Positions 12,401 to 20,357 of a stretch of 32,000 bases of DNA are shown piece after piece; position 1 is the first letter of the stretch; each line of letters starts with the position of its first letter. A program made the position numbers and the translations under genes. Under the pieces are notes generated by a model that saw only the letters and a program-made list of their open reading frames with translations, was not told the origin of the DNA and did no database searches. The stretch spans positions 900,001 through 932,000 of the forward strand of contig OY969931.1 of assembly GCA_963704705.1 (NCBI GenBank), given 5' to 3'. Source of the DNA: an uncultured bacterium (GTDB taxonomy: Bacteria; Patescibacteriota; Gracilibacteria; UBA1369; PNNO01).

Positions 12401-15045
12401 ATTTATATATGGACGCAGGCGCAGCTGTTGGCACAGGAGGTGTCTCAGGAGGCGGAGTAGTAAGAATTGAAACAGGATTTACTCCAAAATCAGCAAACAG
12501 ATTTGGTTTGGGAGTTGGTGCAGGTGCAAGTATGGGTGGTGTTGGAATTTCATTATTGGCTTATTGGAGATATGACACTGATAAAGCCCTCGCAGAACAA
12601 ATAAACGAAGCAATGAAAAAATTCAAAGATATCGACGAAGAACCAAACTGGGAAAAGAAAGTTGAATTAATAAGAAAACATCCGCATCCAAGTATGAAAC
12701 AATTGGTTGCATATGCAGATAGATTATTCAAAGCTTCAGGAAAAGAATGCCCTCCAAAAATTCTTTACTTCTTATATAAAAGAACTAAAGGTAAAATCGA
12801 AAATGGGGTAAGATTAGACCAAAAACTTCCTGCAATAATTGGAGCAGGTGTTGGAGTTGGATTAACTCCTGTAGGAATTGGCGCAGGTCTTTATGTAACT
12901 TTCAAAATTCCTTGGACTGAAGAAGTTGTTGCTGTTAGAAGTCCAGTTCGAGGTTTTGACAGATACACAATGGAAAAAGAAGCTGAAGCAGATCTTAGTA
13001 AAGAATTAAAAACGCAGGTTACTTTAATTAAAGATTTTGAATTAAAAGGTGAAAATGCTTTTCTTTTTCATGATTCACAACTTGGAGGCAAAGGTTTGGC
13101 CAGAGTTGGTACTCTTCAAAGCAGCCAGATGGAAGAACTTTCAGCTGATTCAAGCTTTGAACAGATCAAAAAAATAATGGCAAGACTCAACATTGATGCA
13201 AAACTTGTTCCAAGAGATGCCAAAGATAAAAGTAAAGGTTACTACATACAAATTACACCATTAGATATAGAAGGTGGTAATGTTGAACTCCAGATTGACC
13301 CTGAACTTAGAAGCAAAGGACTTATTTTGGATAATCAAAGTACACCTCAAAGAATTTTATTAACTGCAAGTGCTGTTAAAGCATTGATGGTTACAAGAAA
13401 AAGAATTAAGTTCCCTTTCCAGTCACAAGGTGCGCTTAATTTGGATATTATTACATTTAAAACTGATACTGACAGACACACTCCAGAAATCAGAGAAGAA
13501 TCTGTACAGTATATATATAAAAGACAGGGTGAAAGATACCAGGTTGTTAACGGTGAGAATTCAAGACGTATTCCAAAAGACCTTAGAAACGTTATGAGCC
13601 TTGCGGAATTCCGAGGAAGCAGCAGAAAATTTGAAAAATTCGATAATGTACAACTAATTAATTATAGAAGATACAGAGAAGCTACCCAGTCTATGGACAG
13701 TGCTCTTCGGGTTCTTTCATCAAAAGAATTTGCTTTAAATCCAGGGAACACTCCACATTTAAATAAATTCGCAAGAAGATGGTACAGCTTAAATCAAAAT
13801 TACTTCTTACGAAAAATTATTGATATGAGAAAACCTGAAAGCGAAGACAGAATTAAAACACTTTTGTTTAATAAACTGGTAAAAGATTATGAAAGTTACA
13901 GAGCAAATATTCCTGGCACAAAACCATTAAGCCAGTATGAACAAAATATGCTCTATGCAATGCTTCTTGATAGATCATTCTTAAAAATTTCAAAAGAACC
14001 AACAAGAAGTATGCCAAAAGAACGTATTGAAAGAGCCTTGGATATCAGAAAAAGTTTATTTAGAAAATATTTAAATACATATATTAAAAAATGGATAGCT
14101 AAATATCCTAATGAATGGAATGAAATTAAAAAAGCTGATCCAGGCATAACTCCAGCTGCAGTAGCTAATCTTATTGCACTTGCAATGCCAAAGGATTACG
14201 CACACATGAAAGAAATGCTTCAGGAACCTACTCAGATTACTAGAGACATGAAATTCCTTTCTTACACTCAAAAATTAAGAAGTGAATCAATGCCTTCAGC
14301 TTATGGTGCTGCAAGCCCTGAGCCAATCAGAAAAAACTTCTTTAAAATGTTCGGGGTTACAAGATTTAATTTAAGTTCTAATCTTGATAAACGAAAACAG
14401 GCAGTAGCACGAGTTATTTTGAATCTTCTTTCACCATTACGTATGAGTGAACTTCAAAATAATAAAGAAAGAGTTGAGTTTTTGGATTCAGAATTACCTT
14501 TGATGCTTATATCTTTATATGATAAATCAAAAGGTATTTCTCCAATGATTGAAGTTCTTGGAATGGAAAATTTTGAAAACATGACAAAACTTTACAGTGC
14601 ACTTCGAAAAGAAAAAGATCCTCAAAAAGCAGCTGAACTATTAAAGAACAGTGCTATTAAAAAATCATTCGATGGATTTAGAGAAATGGTATTAAAAGTA
14701 CGAAACGCACAGCTTAGCGGGAAAAATTCAGCTGATTATAAAGGATTCACATTCCACTTCGACACTGAAGTAATGGCCGGCCCATACTTAAAATGTGCTA
14801 ACGGTACAATGGCTGTAAGACAAAGATTCAGAATTACAACAAAGAAAAGCTTGAGAGTACCTTGGACAGGTGCAAAAGCCGAAAGAGCAGTTGTTGTTAA
14901 AGGCCGATACAAGAAAGAAGCTGCATACCTTACACTTGCAGGAGGGTTCTTCTATAAGCCGGAAGTTAAACCTGAAAAACCTTATAACCCACCTAGCAGG
15001 CATGATGAGCCTGAAAAACCGTATACACCGCCTAGCAGGCATTAA
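9493..15045 (+). CDS. Very large uncharacterised envelope-associated protein (1850 aa) with a glycine-rich beta-strand segment and a C-terminal PSRH tail
   Basis: Single long ORF. Glycine-rich alternating strands near aa 920-1025 (FAGFTLRYKALNGHELYTTVGLGGLQSGLTVYAALGAKVKLSETWDLYMDAGAAVGTGGVSGGGVVRIETGFTP...FGLGVGAGASMGGVGISLLAYWRY) and again downstream (IIGAGVGVGLTPVGIGAGLYVTF). No recognised family. Confidence 0.85.
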   Translation: MKNRNLLKFFNYFALEQRNLFLCESKLAFKNPKAGVSASAERLSATEKKELQNKIELQNKQIQANEKKLEEFNKMLDKFFVNKRTFEVKNITNTAVVLEELMVNSSDSSLSKDKNRLGYLRMMAKNFKSAIQPHEAELKKHQPLKITVNPGGVIDFADSKNHRLLTIDLKKDSFYAVSVENLKRNIANLKERIKGKKEAVVSRTREQHVSYRENLDLKSKFGNLHDAIKDSPKLKGKVKVVQNGDFQVVKFLGKNKKEIKKNELALKIEDIYNLSLVNSYPDSVLRIQVTNPYQGTYKATYNPQRGSFYIDGTTERAKIYNNGKIKVLEFRVVPKKPRSTKAAMSGVKPAESKAAQEKAKNEAYEQREFEKDQTKDYLFDKYYKYIFKKDRFGGHKLLQSKEDFKNWGRLSHVLGPILAQPPFNIRRSSSEQKKYMELVIQGTGFWDPNWEIQGKDFFKYGGIQYKGGYDKFVEDYEKLTKKYDKLEKEGKTLSEKELEQLTKLEDIAVGIARVYEALQTMKPLKADQESEKERLDRTVLLNVPKANETELKEVKSNRYLNYYLPLLTHEKETTSHQVNILVGYSTNKKLVQLVQQAINSIPKGMIKEEVLWQYKMNPTKLLFLTFGFDSLVAKGAIKKIDDKRFVLTQTPTNANWAIAALKMQGASKNPESMQSWEKVRGKVDAHHKAANFIKAIFGDKETSVKNNLRSRWSRLWHWEWADKKYVSMENLAQVKTYGKNDFNLEAVEKRGYLDMKGKVAERAGETGMYRIPEKNHGALIKMTNDYLAKGIQMTLANAPKGKRNEILKNLTKKFGINIEFGKDDGKIAADIVKLIGVKGLNTSELTPDKIKFIRLGFLEERYLKAVESKDMTDEYFSASPEIRKIQDKLYKQGMALTELPRVEADIHAGLAVLVKSREIVGPGGFAGFTLRYKALNGHELYTTVGLGGLQSGLTVYAALGAKVKLSETWDLYMDAGAAVGTGGVSGGGVVRIETGFTPKSANRFGLGVGAGASMGGVGISLLAYWRYDTDKALAEQINEAMKKFKDIDEEPNWEKKVELIRKHPHPSMKQLVAYADRLFKASGKECPPKILYFLYKRTKGKIENGVRLDQKLPAIIGAGVGVGLTPVGIGAGLYVTFKIPWTEEVVAVRSPVRGFDRYTMEKEAEADLSKELKTQVTLIKDFELKGENAFLFHDSQLGGKGLARVGTLQSSQMEELSADSSFEQIKKIMARLNIDAKLVPRDAKDKSKGYYIQITPLDIEGGNVELQIDPELRSKGLILDNQSTPQRILLTASAVKALMVTRKRIKFPFQSQGALNLDIITFKTDTDRHTPEIREESVQYIYKRQGERYQVVNGENSRRIPKDLRNVMSLAEFRGSSRKFEKFDNVQLINYRRYREATQSMDSALRVLSSKEFALNPGNTPHLNKFARRWYSLNQNYFLRKIIDMRKPESEDRIKTLLFNKLVKDYESYRANIPGTKPLSQYEQNMLYAMLLDRSFLKISKEPTRSMPKERIERALDIRKSLFRKYLNTYIKKWIAKYPNEWNEIKKADPGITPAAVANLIALAMPKDYAHMKEMLQEPTQITRDMKFLSYTQKLRSESMPSAYGAASPEPIRKNFFKMFGVTRFNLSSNLDKRKQAVARVILNLLSPLRMSELQNNKERVEFLDSELPLMLISLYDKSKGISPMIEVLGMENFENMTKLYSALRKEKDPQKAAELLKNSAIKKSFDGFREMVLKVRNAQLSGKNSADYKGFTFHFDTEVMAGPYLKCANGTMAVRQRFRITTKKSLRVPWTGAKAERAVVVKGRYKKEAAYLTLAGGFFYKPEVKPEKPYNPPSRHDEPEKPYTPPSRH
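14971..15042 (+). repeat. Tandem C-terminal peptide repeat PEKPY(N/T)PPSRH, two 33-nt copies separated by 6 nt
   Basis: Copy 1 at 14971-15003 (cct gaa aaa cct tat aac cca cct agc agg cat), gat gag, copy 2 at 15010-15042 (cct gaa aaa ccg tat aca ccg cct agc agg cat), then taa. Confidence 0.9.
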
Positions 15046-15077
15046 TTTATCATTAATAAAAATTAACAATATTAAAA

Positions 15078-15575
15078 ATGAAAAACAAAAATGGCAAAAC
15101 AAAAGGCCTATTCATAGCAGTCGCAGTACTTGTAGTACTAATATTTGCAGGCAGTCTGCTATATCTAAACTCACTTAAACCAATTGTTAAAATTGTAAGT
15201 GATAAACCTGCATATTTTCATACTGATGATCCTCAAATCGAAATTATGCTGCTTAATGCTAAAAAAGCTGATTCTGGATCAATCAGAATTAGTTATGATG
15301 ATAACATCCTGAATTTGGGAGCAAATGAATTGAGCCAAGGTGTAACAATGGATGAACTTCAAAACAACCTAATTTTTAATCTTTCAGAGGATTATTTTAG
15401 TAATAAAACTGACAGTGTTGCTAAATTGACTTTCAATTTTACTGGGGATGCAGGAAAAACCGAAGTAACTGTAGATGAAAATGAATCATTTTTAAATATA
15501 AAAGGTGAACAAATGCCAATCTCAAAAGCTGAAAACGCTTCATTTACAATTGGCGTAGCCCCATCTCGTCATTAA
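15078..15575 (+). CDS. Membrane-anchored small protein with a cohesin-like beta domain, 165 aa, ending in PSRH
   Basis: N-terminal anchor (GLFIAVAVLVVLIFAGSLLYLNSL). The remainder follows a cohesin-like pattern (IRISYDDNILNLGANEL ... DSVAKLTFNFTGDAGKTEVTVDENESFLNIKG...ASFTI). Confidence 0.7.
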   Translation: MKNKNGKTKGLFIAVAVLVVLIFAGSLLYLNSLKPIVKIVSDKPAYFHTDDPQIEIMLLNAKKADSGSIRISYDDNILNLGANELSQGVTMDELQNNLIFNLSEDYFSNKTDSVAKLTFNFTGDAGKTEVTVDENESFLNIKGEQMPISKAENASFTIGVAPSRH

Positions 15576-15596
15576 TAATTTAATAACTAATATAAA

Positions 15597-18500
15597 ATGA
15601 AAACAAAAATTAAAATCCTACTTATTTCAGCTCTCTCATTGATGGCCGTAGTAACTGCATCCATTGCAAATGCGGGCTGGAATGCAAGCCCAGCTTCCGG
15701 ACAAACTTGTTACGGTCAGAATTGCAAAACCTGGCATAATAATGGAATCCAGCGTGAAGGGGCTTATAAACCTGGTACAAATTTTGCAAGTTTCAATAAT
15801 TATACTGACTCAACAGATAATTCAGTACCAAAACAGACATACACTGAGCAACAATTTTTATTGTTTGAAAAAGAATATGCAAATTCCAGCGGTTTTCCAT
15901 ATAAAACTCCTTGGGATGCAAATCGAGCTACACCTTATAATTTTAACAGCGGCTCAAGTTATAATATAAATTTTGTAAATAATCAGCCTCAAAGAGTTGG
16001 ATTCTGGATTTATATGCATAACAATGGAGTGGAAAATCAATACCCTGCTAATAATACAAAAGTTAAATTAATTCCAAATAAAATAAGTGGAAATACATAC
16101 AGACCTACTTCAACAATCACAGCAAGCAATGCAAAGCCAACAAATGTTATATCTGATGTTAATTTAACTGCAAATCAGGATTTTAATTTAATCCCTAAAG
16201 AAGTATGGGTATCAAGAGAAGACGGAGATGAACAAATGAATTCAGCTGAATTAAATGACTTACTATCAGCAAATGGTTTATTGGTAGGAAATTTAAGAAA
16301 TACTGATGGGACCTTTAATTCTTCTATACTTCACTATGTAGTCGTTTATGTTGAATTCGAAGCTGTACCTCAAACTCCGCCAGCAGAATGTAAATCATTA
16401 AATATTACTGACCCTAGCCAATTATTGGTAACAGTTGATCAAAACGGTTTCAACAACGAAAATTTAGCGTTCACTGTTGATAAAGATAATGGTGCTGTAA
16501 GTGCTTACAGAGTTCGATCAAATAACGGAACAATTACATTTAATAATGGTGGATCAAATATTCAATTAAATGAGGTTAGTAATGTAAATCAATTTAATGC
16601 AACTATGGATGGCGGCCCATCTAGTCCAAATAATAATGAAACTGTTTGGGTAAGTGCATTAAGACCAAATGGCACTGCATGGCCTGATTGTATTGATTAT
16701 TTCACTGTTCAACTTGAAGAAGAACAAGCTCCTGTTTGTGAGGTTTTCGGAACAAACCCTGGAAGTTTGGGTAGCCAACAGGTTGATATTGGTGTGACTA
16801 CAATCGAATTGAATGGTCCAACTGATACAAATGGAGACCCTTACAGACCTAACGGACAAATTCCAAATATCAGATATTGTTATACAAATGATGGAATTAC
16901 ATTTATGCCTTATTCAGGAAATGTAGTTCATCCAGGTGGCGACTTGCGATGTGCAATTGCACCTTTAACTGACCCAATGGTTGTTGATACAACTCAAACC
17001 GGCACAATGACTATCGAAGTTGTTGGTGCTGAAGATGATTGTAACGATATGTTTAAAACTGATTTCCAATACGGTGGCAAATGTTTACTCCTTGAATTCC
17101 GTCAGGATGAATTCACTAATGACAGAACTCAATATTGCGTAAATTTAAATGTTGAGCCAACAGTTCAAGGTTACAACGACCATATTTTATGGCAGGTTGA
17201 ACGTGATGGCGACACTGTACTTTCAAAAGATACTACAAACACTTTATGTATTGATCTTGATGATTACAACTATAATTTTGAACCTGGCGACACTCTAACT
17301 GCTCAGGCTCTTGATATCGATTATGAAGATGCTGCTTGTGAAGACAGCATAGGAAGTAGAAACCTTGTTTGTGACTCAATGGACTTAGATAAAGCTCATT
17401 TTGAAAGAGGTCAGGATAACGAAGTTTGCATAACTGACATTAATCCTGATGATTATCCTGCAAATGAAGTTGATTTAACAACTGATTCAGGCGAATCTGA
17501 CACAGTTCCTGTTGATGAAGATGGATGTTTTGTTATTAATGAAAATTTATTGACAGATGCAAACAGAGTTGATGTTTTCCTTGCTGATAAGTGTGAAGAT
17601 TCTTTAACAAGGGAAGTTAAACCTCCTACTTTCAGCAAAAACGTTAAAGATCAGGACGTAGGCGCTGTATTTGCTCATCGAGCAATCGCTAACTGGACTG
17701 ATGAAAAAGTATTCTACCAAATTAAATACGAACACAAAGACGACACTGCACAGGATGTAACAATCACCGATACAATCGGCACTGATGATTATATTCAGGG
17801 TTACATTGCTGATGTAAATGATTCTGATCTTTCAAACAATGAAGAAGGCGGAAGAATTTACTATGATGATGGTTCAATGAATGTTTATGTTGAAGGTGAA
17901 GGCAACATTGGAAACTGTGAAGATACAAACGATAACATTTGTTACTATGGTGATATCGGCAGTACAGGTGGTGTTACAGTTAAAAATGTACCTCCAAGAC
18001 GTGAAGTTGTTGTAAGTTACACAGGAGAAATAGTTGATTCATCTGTTAATCCTTCAAACTGTTCTAAGCCTGATGGATTAGGAAATGATATCTGTGGTGA
18101 AGTTTATCCGAACACTGCTGAATTTGAAGATGAAACTCCTTTCAGCGGCAGAGATAAAGCTGAAGTTGTTATTCCTTGTCCTTTCTTCATTATAAGATCA
18201 GGTGGCGAAGTATTCATGGAAAATCCATTTGATTATGGTGTTGATACCTTGGCTTGTTCTGAAATTGAAAATGTACCAAGTCCGTTCATTGTTCCTGATT
18301 ACACTCCTCCTCAAACTACACCTTCAACAGGTGCACCTGAAGGAATTGCACTTATAAAGACTTTGGACGATAGATTATGTAAATCTGATTCTGCTCAGGA
18401 AGCAGGATATGGAGGCGTAAGCAGAGCTTCATCATTAATTTGTGAAGTTACACTTAAAACTTCTGAAGAACTTACTCAATATGTAATTTCTCAGAATATC

Positions 18501-19091
18501 CAAAGAAATATAGATTTATTTGCAAGATACGATAAAGATTTAAATAACAGAGTTTCTGTTAACGGAAGCAGTGATCTCCCTTCAAATACAAGCAATGTAT
18601 TTGTTAAAGATAACGGAGACCTTGAGTTAAGCGGAACATTCAATAATGGCGCTCAGACAATCGTTGTTCTAAACCACGATGTAAAAATTACAGGCGATGT
18701 TAAGCTTGATGATACATCTGCAATTTTAAGCGACCCAAGAACTATTCCATCGCTTGCAGTAATTGTAATTGGCGGAGACATTCTTGTTCAGCCAAATGTT
18801 GGCGAAACAAACGGCGTATTCTTTACAATGGAAAATGCTGAAGGCAAAGGCGGTCAAATGTGCGAAAAAGACTGCGTTGACGATGATGCATTAAGCAGAT
18901 TCAACGACAAACAATACGTTCACTATGGATCAATCTACGGCGATATCGAACATTTGTTCAAATACAGAACATTCGCAGGCGATCCAACTAAACTTGAAGC
19001 AGCAGTATTAATTAAATTCGATTCACGAATCTTCTTAAATACTCCGCCGCTTCTAAATGAACTTATAAATGTAAGTCAGCAAGTGTTCTAG
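15597..19091 (+). CDS. Large secreted or surface protein, 1164 aa, cysteine-containing, with a DUF11-like module
   Basis: Sec-type signal peptide (MKTKIKILLISALSLMAVVTASIANAG), about 26 cysteines by eye, acidic DxD-rich loops, an adhesin-like module (KVFYQIKYEHKDDTAQDVTITDTIG...VPPRREVVVSYTGEI), and a C-terminal segment GTFNNGAQTIVVLNHDVKITGDVKLDDTSAI...VIVIGGDILVQPNVGETNGVFF. Confidence 0.85.
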   Translation: MKTKIKILLISALSLMAVVTASIANAGWNASPASGQTCYGQNCKTWHNNGIQREGAYKPGTNFASFNNYTDSTDNSVPKQTYTEQQFLLFEKEYANSSGFPYKTPWDANRATPYNFNSGSSYNINFVNNQPQRVGFWIYMHNNGVENQYPANNTKVKLIPNKISGNTYRPTSTITASNAKPTNVISDVNLTANQDFNLIPKEVWVSREDGDEQMNSAELNDLLSANGLLVGNLRNTDGTFNSSILHYVVVYVEFEAVPQTPPAECKSLNITDPSQLLVTVDQNGFNNENLAFTVDKDNGAVSAYRVRSNNGTITFNNGGSNIQLNEVSNVNQFNATMDGGPSSPNNNETVWVSALRPNGTAWPDCIDYFTVQLEEEQAPVCEVFGTNPGSLGSQQVDIGVTTIELNGPTDTNGDPYRPNGQIPNIRYCYTNDGITFMPYSGNVVHPGGDLRCAIAPLTDPMVVDTTQTGTMTIEVVGAEDDCNDMFKTDFQYGGKCLLLEFRQDEFTNDRTQYCVNLNVEPTVQGYNDHILWQVERDGDTVLSKDTTNTLCIDLDDYNYNFEPGDTLTAQALDIDYEDAACEDSIGSRNLVCDSMDLDKAHFERGQDNEVCITDINPDDYPANEVDLTTDSGESDTVPVDEDGCFVINENLLTDANRVDVFLADKCEDSLTREVKPPTFSKNVKDQDVGAVFAHRAIANWTDEKVFYQIKYEHKDDTAQDVTITDTIGTDDYIQGYIADVNDSDLSNNEEGGRIYYDDGSMNVYVEGEGNIGNCEDTNDNICYYGDIGSTGGVTVKNVPPRREVVVSYTGEIVDSSVNPSNCSKPDGLGNDICGEVYPNTAEFEDETPFSGRDKAEVVIPCPFFIIRSGGEVFMENPFDYGVDTLACSEIENVPSPFIVPDYTPPQTTPSTGAPEGIALIKTLDDRLCKSDSAQEAGYGGVSRASSLICEVTLKTSEELTQYVISQNIQRNIDLFARYDKDLNNRVSVNGSSDLPSNTSNVFVKDNGDLELSGTFNNGAQTIVVLNHDVKITGDVKLDDTSAILSDPRTIPSLAVIVIGGDILVQPNVGETNGVFFTMENAEGKGGQMCEKDCVDDDALSRFNDKQYVHYGSIYGDIEHLFKYRTFAGDPTKLEAAVLIKFDSRIFLNTPPLLNELINVSQQVF

Positions 19092-19135
19092 TCCTAGTCT
19101 TATAGGAACGCGGCTTACTTACAAAACTTATATAC

Positions 19136-19166
19136 GCAAATTGCTAGCTAAATGCTAGCTTTTTGC
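19136..19166 (+). terminator. Candidate transcription terminator of the surface locus
   Basis: GCAAAttGCTAGC-TAAAT-GCTAGCttTTTGC: 13-nt arms with a 2x2 internal mismatch; T5 tract begins right after the inner stem. Confidence 0.45.
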
Positions 19167-19169
19167 TTA

Positions 19170-19185
19170 TTCCTCCCGGGAGGAA
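19170..19185. repeat. Perfect 16-bp palindrome TTCCTCCCGGGAGGAA
   Basis: Read directly; self-complementary over all 16 positions. Confidence 0.9.
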
Positions 19186-19302
19186 AGTTCGCCTAAATCC
19201 ATTCACACATAAAAAAACATCGATTTTTTTAAATATTTAGCTTTAAATAAAGCATAATCGAAAGATTTCCGTCCCAGGACGAAATGCGTACTTTACGAAC
19301 TT

Positions 19303-19316
19303 CGATCCCGGGATCG
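19303..19316. repeat. Perfect 14-bp palindrome CGATCCCGGGATCG
   Basis: Read directly; self-complementary over all 14 positions, shares the CCCGGG core with the 19170 palindrome. Confidence 0.9.
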
Positions 19317-19370
19317 CCTTGCCCCCCGCACCTTTCTCAATTATAATTCTATCCCCAAACTAGACTCTCT

Positions 19371-20357
19371 ATGGCTAAAAAGAACGTTCACTTATTTTTC
19401 GGAGATGACACGTACAGCTCGGCTCAAAAGCTTAAGTTTTGGCGTGAGCAATTCATGCAAAAATACGAAGGCGACACTAACATTGCTGAGCTTGAAGGCA
19501 AAACACTTGAAGCAAAAGACTTTGAAAGCGATATCCAGTCAACGCCTTTTCTTGCTGACAAGCGCCTGGTGATTGTTTATGACTTTTTGGCTAAGGGCAA
19601 TAAAGATCAGCAAAAGCGGGTGGCTGATATTCTTGAAGGCTTGGTGCCTGATTTCTGCATTATTGTGTTTTATGAATCAAAAGTGCCGGATAAGCGCGCA
19701 GCTTTATACAAAAAACTCAATAAACTGGGCCAGATTGAAGAATTTAAAGCATTAATGGGGCCTGAACTCACAAGATGGATCTCTAAAAAAGCAGAAGAAA
19801 TCGGCTTGCAACTTAATTTTGGTTTGGCTGATTATTTGGGCCAGGTTGCTGGCGGTGATTTGTGGAATCTTGCCAATGAACTCAATAAACTCAAGTTATA
19901 TTCCATTTCAAATCCCATTACTCGCGAAGTTATTGACGAGCTAGTGCATCCGAATCTAACTACAACCATATTCAAATTTACTGATTTTATTGCGCATCGT
20001 AATGCAAAGGGTTCGCTTGGTACGCTGCACATTTTGCTTGATAGCGGCGAAGACCTTATGAAGATTATCTTTATGATTGTGCGCCATTTCAGGATTCTTG
20101 TTCAGGTTAAGGATTTAATGGAACGCGGAAATGCAAAGTCGGATATTATCAGTAAGGTTAAAGAGCACCCTTATACGATTTCGACCACTATGCAACAAAG
20201 CCCCAATTTTAGCATTGAGGCTTTGCGTGATATATATGATTCCCTTTTACAGATCGATATTGGTATTAAAACCGGTAAGATTCGTATGCTGGCTGATGAT
20301 AAAAAGGAAATTATGCTTGCTTTGGAACAGTTTGTTTACAAAGTTTGCAGGAATTAG
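19371..20357 (+). CDS. holA: DNA polymerase III delta subunit (HolA), 328 aa
   Basis: VHLFFGDDTYSSAQKLKFWREQF..., STPFLADKRLVIVYDFL, VAGGDLWNLANELNKL and the ALRDIYDSLLQIDIGIKTGKI C-terminal pattern typical of HolA/YqeN. Confidence 0.85.
   Translation: MAKKNVHLFFGDDTYSSAQKLKFWREQFMQKYEGDTNIAELEGKTLEAKDFESDIQSTPFLADKRLVIVYDFLAKGNKDQQKRVADILEGLVPDFCIIVFYESKVPDKRAALYKKLNKLGQIEEFKALMGPELTRWISKKAEEIGLQLNFGLADYLGQVAGGDLWNLANELNKLKLYSISNPITREVIDELVHPNLTTTIFKFTDFIAHRNAKGSLGTLHILLDSGEDLMKIIFMIVRHFRILVQVKDLMERGNAKSDIISKVKEHPYTISTTMQQSPNFSIEALRDIYDSLLQIDIGIKTGKIRMLADDKKEIMLALEQFVYKVCRN

Noticed and set aside
14788-15102. Minus-strand 104 aa ORF covering the end of the 1850 aa gene and the intergenic gap
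   Set aside because: Shadow of the sense gene, no domain signal and no start context.
14870-15178. Plus-strand 102 aa ORF overlapping the end of the giant gene and the start of the 165 aa gene
   Set aside because: Out-of-frame overlap of two supported genes; translation has no recognisable features.
19092-19370. CRISPR array or tRNA in the palindrome-rich gap
   Set aside because: No regularly spaced direct repeats and no cloverleaf or T-loop (GTTCGANTC-like) sequence; only isolated palindromes.
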